From: Betaproteobacteria bacterium Ga0077526
Lineage (GTDB): Bacteria; Pseudomonadota; Gammaproteobacteria; Burkholderiales; Ga0077523
Reading direction: 5' to 3'
DNA: 64,000 nt
Assembly (NCBI GenBank): GCA_001464765.1
Contig: LNDV01000038.1
Span: 128,311 to 192,310 of the forward strand
A model generated the notes under the pieces. The model made no database searches, was not told the DNA's origin, and saw only the letters and a list, made by a program, of their open reading frames with translations. Shown one piece after another: positions 27,981 through 37,142 of the stretch (the stretch's first letter is position 1; each line of letters opens with the position of its first letter). Position numbers and translations under genes: made by a program.

Positions 27981-29655
27981 CTTCGATTCCGTACACACGC
28001 CGCAGGGCGCCTTCCACCGCCGCTGGCTTCCAGGCGCGCCAGCGTGCGGCCACATGCTGATCCGGGCGCAGCAGATAGAGCGTCCCCGGCTTCGCATCGA
28101 AACGCTGCGCGAGAATGCCGTCCGCGTCGACGACTGCGTTCGCGACGGCTCCGAGGGAGTCGGCGTCGGCTTCCGTGCGGGCCACGACCCAGATACGCGC
28201 CGTTTCGGCGTGCTGCCGTGACATCTCGCGCACTTCGGCGACGGTGGTCTGCGCTGAATCGTGTGCGAAGAGCACCAGCTCGCATCGTCCCCCGATGAGG
28301 TCCAGCCACCATCGCGGGCGGCCGCCGTAGCGAACCGGGGCATCGGCGCTTGGCGCGCCGGGCACCATGGTGCCGGCGAAAGTCGCCGAATCGGGCGTGG
28401 AAAGCGCACTGTCGCGATGGCTCGTCGGCAGCGACAGGCGCCCGCTGTTCACGAGCCTTCTGGCGAACGGGTGGTCGCGTGCCAGATCCAGCACGGCATC
28501 CCGGAACACGCGGCTCATCGCGCTCTTCGGGGTAATGAAGTCCGTGGCTCGGGTCGAGTTGAGGATGTTCTCGTCCGCGGCCTCGACGCGCTCCCGGTCG
28601 TAGCTCTCCAGCAGCGAGGGCGGGGACTTTCCGCCGAGAACCCGCGCGAGTTTCCAGCAGAGGTTGTCGGCGTCCTGGATGCCGCTGTTGGCGCCCCGGG
28701 CGCCGAACGGTGAAACCTGATGGGCGGCGTCGCCAGCGAAGATCACGCGGCCGTGCAGAAAGCGATCGAGGCGACGGCACTGGAACGTATAGACACTGAC
28801 CCATTGGAGCTCGAACGGCCGGTCGTCACCCAGCATCGCCCGGATGCGCGGGATCACGTTCTCGGGCTTCTTCTCTTCCTCGGGGTCGGCATCCCAGCCG
28901 AGCTGGAAATCGATGCGCCACACGTCATCCGCCTGGCGGTGCAGCAGGACGGACTGGTTGCGATGGAACGGCGGATCGAACCAGAACCAGCGCTCCGTCG
29001 GGAAGTCGCCCTGCATGTGCACATCGGCGATGAGGAAGCGGTCCCGGAAGACCTGCCCCTTCCATTCGAGGCCCAGGAAGTCGCGTACAGCACTGCGGGC
29101 ACCGTCGCACGCAATGACGTAGGCCGCGCGCAGGTCGTACTCGCCGTCTGCAGTGGCAACCCGAACGGTGACGCCGTCGGCGTCCTGCGAGATCCCGCAT
29201 ACACGGTTGCGCCAGCGCACCTCCGCACGGCCGAGCTCGAGGAGCCGCTCGAGCATCGCCTCTTCGAGGTGGTACTGCTGCAGATTGACGAAGGCGGGAC
29301 GCCGATGCCCGCTCTCCGGGAGAAGGTCGAACTGATAAGCGAGCCGGTCGCGGTGAAACACCTTGCCGATACGCCAGCCGATGCCGCGGTCGACCACCGG
29401 ATCGCCGCAGCCCAGGCGATCGAGGATCTCCAGCGTTCGCTTGGCGTAGCAGATGGCCCGCGAGCCGGTGCTCACGGTGTTGTTGTCGTCGAGCACCAGC
29501 ACATCGACGCCCTGGAGCGTGAGGTCGATGGCGCACGCGAGCCCGACCGGGCCCGCGCCCACGATGATCACCGGGTGCGGCGAGCCCCTGGCGCCGCCGT
29601 CGAGTTCCGGCGGACGGACGTAGTCGAACGACGGCGCACGGTAGGTGGTGGCCAT
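27943..29655 (-). CDS. FAD-dependent aromatic monooxygenase (MhpA/PheA-like)
   Basis: GAGPVG, ACDGARS, FAGDAAHQVSPFGARGANSG, C-terminal thioredoxin-like LLRPDQHVAAR. Confidence 0.9.
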   Translation of the reverse strand: MATTYRAPSFDYVRPPELDGGARGSPHPVIIVGAGPVGLACAIDLTLQGVDVLVLDDNNTVSTGSRAICYAKRTLEILDRLGCGDPVVDRGIGWRIGKVFHRDRLAYQFDLLPESGHRRPAFVNLQQYHLEEAMLERLLELGRAEVRWRNRVCGISQDADGVTVRVATADGEYDLRAAYVIACDGARSAVRDFLGLEWKGQVFRDRFLIADVHMQGDFPTERWFWFDPPFHRNQSVLLHRQADDVWRIDFQLGWDADPEEEKKPENVIPRIRAMLGDDRPFELQWVSVYTFQCRRLDRFLHGRVIFAGDAAHQVSPFGARGANSGIQDADNLCWKLARVLGGKSPPSLLESYDRERVEAADENILNSTRATDFITPKSAMSRVFRDAVLDLARDHPFARRLVNSGRLSLPTSHRDSALSTPDSATFAGTMVPGAPSADAPVRYGGRPRWWLDLIGGRCELVLFAHDSAQTTVAEVREMSRQHAETARIWVVARTEADADSLGAVANAVVDADGILAQRFDAKPGTLYLLRPDQHVAARWRAWKPAAVEGALRRVYGIEDDTHDGTQSRAA

Positions 29656-29665
29656 GACGCGCCGC

Positions 29666-30616
29666 TCAGCCTTCGAGGGATTCCCACATGTCCTTGTCGC
29701 GCTGGGCCGTCCAGATGCGCGGGTCCACCAGCCCTGAGGCTTCATCGTAGGCGCGGCTCACATCGAAGGGCAGGCAGTGGTCGAAGATCACCCACTGACC
29801 GAACTGCGGCTTGAGTCGCTCGTACGTATCGCGGTAGACCTGACGCAGCGGTTTGCCGGCCGCCTGCCCTTCGCGCACCGCCGAGAACATCTGCGTGATG
29901 AAGGCCCGGGTTTCGGCAAGGCCGCGCGCCACCATCTCGGGGGTGGCAAGAGCATCACCGCGGCCCGGGACGAGCTTCGCGGGGCCAAGCGCGGCGATAC
30001 GGTCGAGGGTGCCGGGCCAGTCGGTGAGGTAGGCGTCGCCGGTGTAAGGCGTGGCACCGAACTCCACGAGGTCGCCGGAGAACAGCACCTTGTCCTTCGG
30101 CAGCCACACCACGGTATCCCCCTTGGTGTGCCCGCGACCGAGATGGAGGATCTGCACCTCGAGCTTGCCCAGGTAGAGCGTGAGCGCGTTCTCGAACACG
30201 ACGTTCGGCCAGGTGAGTCCGGGAATAGACTCGACCGCCTGGAAGAGCCGCGGGAAGCGCTCGATCTCCGAGCGCATGTCGGCTTCGCCGCGTTCGCAGA
30301 TAAGGTCGTAGGTGGGCCGGCTGGCGATCACGTGACTCGCGCCGTAGGCGCTGGCGCCGAGCACCCGCACGGCGTGGTAGTGGGACATCAACACGTACTT
30401 GATGGGCTTGTCCGTCACTTCCCGGATGCGACGGATGACGTCCTGCGCCATCACTGGCGTGGCCTGGGTGTCCACCACCATCACCGCGTCGTCACCGATG
30501 ACGATGCCGGTGTTGGGATCGCCTTCCGCCGTGTACGCGTAGGCGGAATCGGAGAGCTTCACGAAGCTCACCTTCTTTTCGGCGAGGTCCGCCTGGGATG
30601 CGAATTTCTTTTCCAT
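29666..30616 (-). CDS. metallo-beta-lactamase-fold protein with atypical HYHAVR motif
   Basis: AEGDPNTG, VDTQATP, SHYHAVR, GHTKGD, FSGDLV, VPGRG. Confidence 0.88.
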   Translation of the reverse strand: MEKKFASQADLAEKKVSFVKLSDSAYAYTAEGDPNTGIVIGDDAVMVVDTQATPVMAQDVIRRIREVTDKPIKYVLMSHYHAVRVLGASAYGASHVIASRPTYDLICERGEADMRSEIERFPRLFQAVESIPGLTWPNVVFENALTLYLGKLEVQILHLGRGHTKGDTVVWLPKDKVLFSGDLVEFGATPYTGDAYLTDWPGTLDRIAALGPAKLVPGRGDALATPEMVARGLAETRAFITQMFSAVREGQAAGKPLRQVYRDTYERLKPQFGQWVIFDHCLPFDVSRAYDEASGLVDPRIWTAQRDKDMWESLEG

Positions 30617-30654
30617 GAACGTCCTCCGGGAGCCGACCGGTAACACCGGACGGA

Positions 30655-30692
30655 GATTACGAATAGGTGAAGGGATTGCACTAATCGTAATC
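30655..30692. promoter_or_regulatory. inverted-repeat operator, probably for the divergent IclR regulator
   Basis: GATTACGAATAG...CTAATCGTAATC; two inverted 15-mers TTACGAATAGGTGAA / TTACGATTAGTGCAA in an AT-rich spot of the divergent intergenic region. Confidence 0.65.
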
Positions 30693-30734
30693 GGCCCCTA
30701 GGATTCGGGTCAACCTCGAACCCGCCGCGTCGTC

Positions 30735-31523
30735 ATGTCCCAGCGTTCCGCCAGTCGCCAGCCCCAGGGCATCCAGTCCCTCGAGACCGGCGGGGCCCTC
30801 CTTCACGTTCTGGTCGAAGGGGGCGGGCCGCTCATGCTGAAGGACCTCGCCGCCCGGGCAGGCATGCCGCCCGCCAAGGCGCATCGGTACCTGGCGAGCT
30901 TCATCCGGCTGGGTCTGGTGGAACAGGACCCTTCCCTTGGCCGTTACGCGCTCGGCCCCTTCGCGCTCTCGCTCGGCCTCGCCGCCCTGGGCCGTCTCGA
31001 TGCCGTGCGGCTCGCAACGCCTGTGCTACCCGCGCTCGCGCAGGATCTGGGCGCCACCGTGGCCGCCGCGGTATGGGGCAACAAGGGAGCCACCATCGTG
31101 CGCTGGGAGGACTCACGGGATATCGTCACCGTGAACGTCCGCGCCGGGGGTGTGATGCCCCTGCTGCGCTCCGCCACGGGCCGCTGTTTCGGCGCCTGGC
31201 TCCCGGAGGGGCGCACCGGCGCGATCGTGGCCGAAGAACTGCGCCTGGACCGCAATCCGCCCCGCGGCGTTCCCGCTTCCCTCGACGCGGCGAGGCGCCT
31301 GTGGGCGAAGATCCGGCGGGAAGGCGTGGTCAGAGTCCAGGGCGCCCTCATTCCGGGCATCGATGCCCTGTCGGCGCCCGTGTTCGATCATCGCAATGCC
31401 ATGGTGCTCGCCCTCACGGTGCTCGGCTATGCAGGCACGGTCGACTGCTCTCCCGGCGGACGCGTCGAACGCACGCTCAAGGAGGCTGCGGCGGACCTGT
31501 CAGCCCGTCTGGGGAAGACCTGA
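30735..31523 (+). CDS. IclR family transcriptional regulator (HmgR-like)
   Basis: GIQSLETG...AKAHRYL HTH, SATGR, SAPVFDH. Confidence 0.92.
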   Translation: MSQRSASRQPQGIQSLETGGALLHVLVEGGGPLMLKDLAARAGMPPAKAHRYLASFIRLGLVEQDPSLGRYALGPFALSLGLAALGRLDAVRLATPVLPALAQDLGATVAAAVWGNKGATIVRWEDSRDIVTVNVRAGGVMPLLRSATGRCFGAWLPEGRTGAIVAEELRLDRNPPRGVPASLDAARRLWAKIRREGVVRVQGALIPGIDALSAPVFDHRNAMVLALTVLGYAGTVDCSPGGRVERTLKEAAADLSARLGKT

Positions 31524-31585
31524 TCACGCGATGCAGCCGCGCCATCCGGGCAGACCATCCATCGGACGCCCCTGAGACCAAGCCT

Positions 31586-31602
31586 CTGGCACATCGCGTG
31601 CG
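31586..31602 (+). promoter_or_regulatory. sigma54 promoter of acetoacetate--CoA ligase
   Basis: CTGGCACATCGCGTGCG: TGGCAC with exact GG-N10-GC spacing, 60 bp before the start. Confidence 0.65.
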
Positions 31603-31662
31603 ATAACATCGCCCCATGCAGCCCCGCGCTGCCCTCTTCCGCCGTTTTCGGAGTTTTCCGTC

Positions 31663-33615
31663 GTGACACAAGCCGTCTGGACCCCTTCCCCGGAGCGCAA
31701 GGCCCGGGCGAATCTCGCCGCATTCAGCGATCTCGTGGCCACCCGCCACGGCCAACGCTTCACCGATTACCCCTCGCTTTACGACTGGTCCGTGCGCGAG
31801 CCGGCGCAGTTCTGGACCGCCATCTGGGATTTCTGCGGCGTGGTCGCGCAGACGCGCGGTGAGCGCGCCCTGATCGACGCCGACCGCATGCCCGGGGCAA
31901 AGTGGTTCCCCGATGCGCGTCTGAATTTCGCCGAGAACATGCTGCGTCGGCGTGATGACCACCCGGCAATGGTGTTCCGCGGCGAAAACAAGATCCGCCG
32001 CGAACTTACCTACCGCGATGTGTACGACGAAGTCTCGCGCCTTTCCCAGGCACTCCGGGGCCTGGGCATCCAGCCGGGCGATCGCGTTGCCGCTGTCGTC
32101 TCCAACATGCCTGAAGCCATCATCGGCATGCTCGCCGCCTCCAGCGTCGGCGCCATCTGGTCGTCGTGCTCCCCGGATTTCGGGGTGCAGGGCATTCTCG
32201 ACCGCTTCGGTCAGATCGAGCCGAAGGTGCTGCTCACCGTGGACGGCTACTGGTACAGCGGCAAGCAGATCGATGTGCTCGGCAAGATCGCCGAAGTGGT
32301 GAAGTCGCTGCCCAGCCTCCAGCGCGTGGCCGTCATTCCGTACCTGTCGACACAGGCCGACCTGTCGGCGATTCCGCAGGCGCAGCAGTGGGCGGAGTTC
32401 GTGTCGGTGCATACACCCGGCGACATCGCGTTCGAGCACTTGCCCTTCGATCATCCGCTTTGCATTCTTTATTCGTCAGGCACCACCGGTGTGCCCAAGT
32501 GCATCGTGCACGGCCAGGGCGGGACCCTGCTGCAGCACTTGAAGGAGCACCAGCTGCAGACGGACCTGATGCCCGACGATCGCCTGTTCTACTTCACGAC
32601 CTGCGGCTGGATGATGTGGAACTGGCTTGCGTCGGGGCTTGCCACGGGTGCGACACTGCTCCTGTACGACGGCTCGCCCTTCTATCCGGGATCGGGCGCA
32701 CTCTGGGACCTCGCCCAGCAGGAGCGCATGACTGTCTTCGGCACGTCCGCCAAGTACATCGATGCCATCGCGAAGCTCAAGCTGAAGCCGGCGGAGACCC
32801 ATGATCTCTCGGCCCTGCGCACGATGACCTCGACCGGCAGTCCGCTGGTCGCCGAGGCCTTCGACTACGTGTACGCGAACATCAAGTCGGACCTGCTGCT
32901 CTCCTCGATCTCCGGCGGAACAGACATCGTGTCGTGCTTCGTGCTGGGCAGTCCCTGGCTGCCCGTGTGGCGCGGCGAAATCCAGTGCCGGGGCCTGGGA
33001 ATGAAGGTCGAGGTCTACGACGAACACGGCAAACCCGTGATCGGCGAGAAGGGCGAGCTCGTTTGCACAGCCCCCTTCCCGTCGATGCCGGTGATGTTCT
33101 GGAACGATCCCGACGGGAAGAAGTACCGCGCCGCGTATTTCGAGCGATTCCCGAACGTGTGGTGCCATGGCGACTACATGGAGATCACGGAACACGGCAG
33201 CACGATCATCTATGGACGCTCGGATGCGGTACTCAATCCGGGCGGCGTGCGCATCGGCACGGCGGAGATCTATCGTCAGGTAGAGCAGCTGGACGAGATC
33301 GTGGAGAGCCTTGTCATCGGGCAGGACTGGAACAACGACGTGCGCGTGGTGCTGTTCGTGCGGCTGCGCGACGGCATCCGACTCGACGACGTGCTGACCA
33401 AGCGCATCAAGGAACGCATCCGCACCAACACCACGCCGCGGCACGTGCCCGACAAGATCGTCGCCGTCGCGGACATCCCTCGCACCAAGAGCGGAAAGAT
33501 CGTGGAACTCGCCGTGCGGGATGTCGTGCATGGGCGAGCGGTGAAGAATCAGGAGGCGCTGGCCAACCCCGAGGCCCTCGAGCTGTTCCGTGGTCTGCCG
33601 GAACTGGCCCGGTAG
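31663..33615 (+). CDS. acetoacetate--CoA ligase (AacS/AcsA2 type)
   Basis: [71 protein letters not shown]. Confidence 0.94.
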   Translation: MTQAVWTPSPERKARANLAAFSDLVATRHGQRFTDYPSLYDWSVREPAQFWTAIWDFCGVVAQTRGERALIDADRMPGAKWFPDARLNFAENMLRRRDDHPAMVFRGENKIRRELTYRDVYDEVSRLSQALRGLGIQPGDRVAAVVSNMPEAIIGMLAASSVGAIWSSCSPDFGVQGILDRFGQIEPKVLLTVDGYWYSGKQIDVLGKIAEVVKSLPSLQRVAVIPYLSTQADLSAIPQAQQWAEFVSVHTPGDIAFEHLPFDHPLCILYSSGTTGVPKCIVHGQGGTLLQHLKEHQLQTDLMPDDRLFYFTTCGWMMWNWLASGLATGATLLLYDGSPFYPGSGALWDLAQQERMTVFGTSAKYIDAIAKLKLKPAETHDLSALRTMTSTGSPLVAEAFDYVYANIKSDLLLSSISGGTDIVSCFVLGSPWLPVWRGEIQCRGLGMKVEVYDEHGKPVIGEKGELVCTAPFPSMPVMFWNDPDGKKYRAAYFERFPNVWCHGDYMEITEHGSTIIYGRSDAVLNPGGVRIGTAEIYRQVEQLDEIVESLVIGQDWNNDVRVVLFVRLRDGIRLDDVLTKRIKERIRTNTTPRHVPDKIVAVADIPRTKSGKIVELAVRDVVHGRAVKNQEALANPEALELFRGLPELAR

Positions 33616-33718
33616 CCGGCAATGGCTTGAACCATTGGCACCGATCGCGATGCCGCCGCCATCGAGCGCGGATCCGGGGGAACAGGCTGTCGGGATCGGA
33701 GAGTGCGCGGACCGCGCG

Positions 33719-34372
33719 TCAGCGCGGTGTGGGACAGGTGCAGCCCGACCGCGGTGCAGGACCGGGTTCGGCAGCGGGCGCTTCCGGCGCCGCCGTGGCG
33801 AGCATGGCGTCGACGGGGCCGCCCCGCGCGGCGCTGCAGTGGCCTTCGCGGGAGTACGCCCCCGCGAATTGCGCCTGGCCGTCCGCGTCGAACACCACGA
33901 TGCCAGGTGCGGCCGGCATCGTGCGCCACAGGCCTTCGGACACGGCGGCAGGCAGCCTCGTGAACCGTTCGAGCCCGCGAACCGGCTGGACGGGTGTGCC
34001 GGGCGGCTCGGAGAAGGCAAACACCACATCGCTACCTGCGTGCCGGCTCGCCAGCGCGAGGAAGCGCGCATCGGCGAGTTCGGAGCAGGGACATCCCGGG
34101 AGGCGGACATGCACCACCCAGGCGCGGCCCGCCGTGGCGCCGGATGCCGTCCACCCCATGGCACCGCGAGTGGCCGCCCGTATCGCGGACGGATCGAATG
34201 CGACCACCGTCTCCTCGGGGAGCAAGCCCTCGGAGGGCTCTCTCTCGAGCGATTCCCCGACGGCCAGCGCAAGCACCGCCAGCAGCAGAACGAGAAGAAG
34301 ACCCTGCCGACGACCGTGGCGCGGATGCGTATCCGACGGCGGAGGATCGACGGGGGCGGTGGCGAGGCTCAT
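33719..34372 (-). CDS. membrane-anchored thioredoxin-like hypothetical protein (DUF6436-like)
   Basis: N-terminal TM helix; VVHVRLPGCPCS, PAAPGIVVFDADG...FAGAYS..GHC, terminal GCTCP; sigma28-type promoter directly upstream. Confidence 0.6.
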   Translation of the reverse strand: MSLATAPVDPPPSDTHPRHGRRQGLLLVLLLAVLALAVGESLEREPSEGLLPEETVVAFDPSAIRAATRGAMGWTASGATAGRAWVVHVRLPGCPCSELADARFLALASRHAGSDVVFAFSEPPGTPVQPVRGLERFTRLPAAVSEGLWRTMPAAPGIVVFDADGQAQFAGAYSREGHCSAARGGPVDAMLATAAPEAPAAEPGPAPRSGCTCPTPR

Positions 34373-34382
34373 GACATCCGGG

Positions 34383-34409
34383 TTATCGGCCCCGATCGCC
34401 GGCGATTGA
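34383..34409 (-). promoter_or_regulatory. sigma28 (FliA)-type promoter
   Basis: Minus strand TCAA-N15-GCCGATAA (perfect -10), 10 bp upstream of ATG 34372. Confidence 0.7.
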
Positions 34410-34443
34410 ATCTCCGCCGGCCGACCCCCATCTTCCCCTGACC

Positions 34444-36651
34444 ATGAATGCCCGCACGCCACAGGATGCCGCGGCCCTCACGCTTGCGATCGAGGGAATG
34501 ACCTGCGCTGCCTGCGCGAGCCGGATCGAGCGGGTCGTGAACAAGCTCGAGGGCGTACATATCGATGTGAACCTCGCGGCCGAGAGCGGTCGACTCACCC
34601 TGACGCCGGGCGGCGCCGATCTCGGCGCCGTGCTGGACCGTGTCCGGATGGCCGGGTTTCAGGCCCACCCTGCCCGCGCGGATACCGCGCTGCAGGAGCG
34701 CCGGGAACAGACGGAGCGGGAGTTGCGGGTCGAACGGATCGAGTTCGGCCTCGGCGCGATCCTCGCCGCGCCGTTCCTCGTGCAGATGGCCCTGATGACG
34801 GCCGGCAGTCACCACCACGACTGGCTGCCCCTGTGGCTGCAATGGCTGCTCGCGACGCCGGTTCAGCTCTGGGTCGGCCGTCGCTTTCACCTGGGCGCCT
34901 TTCGTTCCCTCCGGGGCGGCAGCGCCAACATGGACGTGCTGGTCTCGCTGGGAACCACCGTAGCGTATTCGTTCAGCACGGTCGTCTGGCTGACGGGCCG
35001 CACGGATCTCCCCGTGTATTTCGAGGCGGCGGCGATGGTCATCGTGCTCGTGCGTCTCGGAAAACTCCTCGAACGACAGGCACGCCAGAAGGCGTCCAGC
35101 GCCGTCGAGCAGTTGCTGCGTCTGCAGCCGCGCACCGCCCGCGTGCAGCGGCCCGACGGCGCCCTCGAAGACGTCGACATCGCACATCTCGTCCCGGGAG
35201 ACCTGGTGGTGGTTCGCGACCACGAGTTCGTCCCTGTCGATGGCGAGGTCGTGGAAGGACGCTCGTTCGTCACCGAGTCGATGCTGACGGGAGAGAGCAT
35301 CCCGGTGCCGAAATCCCCCGGTGAGCGGGTGTTCGCCGCGACCCGAAACGAAGACGGGACTCTCCTCGTCCGCGCATCGGGCGTGGGAGCGCAGACCCGC
35401 CTTGCGCGCATCGCCCGCATGGTGGCGGATGCACAGGGTTCGAAAGCGCCCATCCAGCACCTCGCGGACCGGGTTTCCGCCGTGTTTGTCCCGACCGTCG
35501 TCGGCATTGCGGCATTGACCTTCCTCGGGTGGTGGTGGGTCTCGGGCGACACCGTAACGGCCATGGTGAACGCGGTCGCGGTGCTGGTAATCGCGTGCCC
35601 TTGCGCACTTGGCCTTGCGACCCCGGTCGCGGTGATGGTCGGCACGGGCCGGGCCGCCCAGCTCGGCGTGCTCGTCCGGAACGCCTCGGCACTGGAACAC
35701 GCAGAGAAGATGAATGTTCTTGTGTTTGACAAGACCGGCACGCTGACGGAGGGTCGCCCGGCCGTCGTGGGGGTACTTGCCGGCGCAGGTGCGACCGAAG
35801 CCGATGTGCTGTCCCTCGCAGCCGGACTGGAACGCGGAGCACAGCATCCCGTGGCTCGCGCCATCGTCGCCCATGCCGCCGCAGTCGGTGTTCCGCTTGC
35901 CAGCGTCAGCGAGGTCCGGGCAGTACCCGGCGCCGGCGTGACCGCACTGGCCGACGGGAAATCCGTCTTTGCGGGGTCGCCAGCCTTCCTTCGCGAGAAC
36001 GGCGTCGCTGTGGATACTGCGATGCTCGATGCGCTTGAGCGGGACGGAGCGACCGTCGTCGCGATCGCCCGGAACGGACAGACTCTCGGCTACGTGTCGC
36101 TGCAGGATGAGCTGCGCTCTTCGGCGCCAGCCGCGGTGCGATGGCTCGAGGCGCTCGGCGTGAAGCCCATGCTGCTGTCGGGGGACAACGCGGGCGCGGT
36201 AGCCGGCATCGCCAGGACGCTCGCGATCGGCGACGCGAGGGGCCGCCAGCATCCGGAGGACAAGGCCCGTGTCATCCAGGAACTTCGCGCGACGGGTTCC
36301 GTAGTCGGCATGGCAGGCGACGGTGTGAACGATGCCCCTGCGCTCGCCGTGGCGGATGTAAGCATAGCGCTGGGGTCGGGCAGCGAAATCGCTGTCGAAA
36401 CCGCTGACATTACCCTTGGGAGGGACGACCTCGGCGCCTGCGCCGTGGCCATCGAATTGTCCCGCGCGACCATGCGGAAGATACGGCAGAATCTTTTCTT
36501 CGCGTTCGTCTACAACGTCGCCGGCATTCCCCTCGCGGTGATCGGGTACCTCGATCCCGTGGTGGCGGGTGGGGCCATGGCCCTCAGTTCCGTGTGCGTC
36601 GTGACGAACGCTCTCCTGCTGCGACGTTGGCGGCCTTCCAGACCTTACTGA
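34444..36651 (+). CDS. copA: Cu(I)-translocating P1B-type ATPase
   Basis: GMTCAAC, TGES, CPC, DKTGT, HP, GDGVND, YN and MALSS (P1B-1 signature). Confidence 0.93.
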   Translation: MNARTPQDAAALTLAIEGMTCAACASRIERVVNKLEGVHIDVNLAAESGRLTLTPGGADLGAVLDRVRMAGFQAHPARADTALQERREQTERELRVERIEFGLGAILAAPFLVQMALMTAGSHHHDWLPLWLQWLLATPVQLWVGRRFHLGAFRSLRGGSANMDVLVSLGTTVAYSFSTVVWLTGRTDLPVYFEAAAMVIVLVRLGKLLERQARQKASSAVEQLLRLQPRTARVQRPDGALEDVDIAHLVPGDLVVVRDHEFVPVDGEVVEGRSFVTESMLTGESIPVPKSPGERVFAATRNEDGTLLVRASGVGAQTRLARIARMVADAQGSKAPIQHLADRVSAVFVPTVVGIAALTFLGWWWVSGDTVTAMVNAVAVLVIACPCALGLATPVAVMVGTGRAAQLGVLVRNASALEHAEKMNVLVFDKTGTLTEGRPAVVGVLAGAGATEADVLSLAAGLERGAQHPVARAIVAHAAAVGVPLASVSEVRAVPGAGVTALADGKSVFAGSPAFLRENGVAVDTAMLDALERDGATVVAIARNGQTLGYVSLQDELRSSAPAAVRWLEALGVKPMLLSGDNAGAVAGIARTLAIGDARGRQHPEDKARVIQELRATGSVVGMAGDGVNDAPALAVADVSIALGSGSEIAVETADITLGRDDLGACAVAIELSRATMRKIRQNLFFAFVYNVAGIPLAVIGYLDPVVAGGAMALSSVCVVTNALLLRRWRPSRPY

Positions 36652-36667
36652 CCTCGGAAACGACCCC

Positions 36668-36883
36668 ATGGAACAGACTCAGAAGCTCGCGATCGACGGC
36701 ATGACCTGCGGTGGATGCTCGTCCAGTGTGACCCGGGTTCTGCTTCAGGTTCCGGGAGTTAGCGACGCCCAGGTGTCCCTTGCCGAGCGCTCCGCGGTGG
36801 TACGGTTCGACACCGCCAGAACCTCGCCGGCAAAGCTGATCGAAGCCGTCGAGAACGCCGGGTTCACGGCCGCCCAAGGCTGA
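36668..36883 (+). CDS. copZ: heavy-metal-associated (HMA) copper chaperone
   Basis: 71 aa, IDGMTCGGC, IEAVENAGF; follows copA. Confidence 0.88.
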   Translation: MEQTQKLAIDGMTCGGCSSSVTRVLLQVPGVSDAQVSLAERSAVVRFDTARTSPAKLIEAVENAGFTAAQG

Positions 36884-37078
36884 CCGGAGCCGACGGCACA
36901 CCCGCTGTTCAGGTCGCGCGGCAAGCGGCGGAGGTCGCGGCAGTGAGCGGTATCGCCCTTCCGGGTCGAGGCCCTCCGCCTGCTTCCAACCGGTGATTAA
37001 TCCACCCCTCCGGCGCGGCGCGTAATCCCTCCTGCCATCCAAGGTGTCTTTTTTGCTCATGAACCTCACAGTCCGAGA

Positions 37079-37105
37079 GGTTTCGAAAATCGAAACCGCT
37101 AGAAT
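37079..37105 (+). promoter_or_regulatory. palindromic operator-like site abutting a -10 element
   Basis: GGTTTCGA-AAA-TCGAAACC (perfect 8-bp arms) followed by TAGAAT at 37100-37105, upstream of the diguanylate cyclase. Confidence 0.5.
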
Positions 37106-37142
37106 CTTCAAGTCTGTCGCAGGGTATACCGGGTTTCATGGC

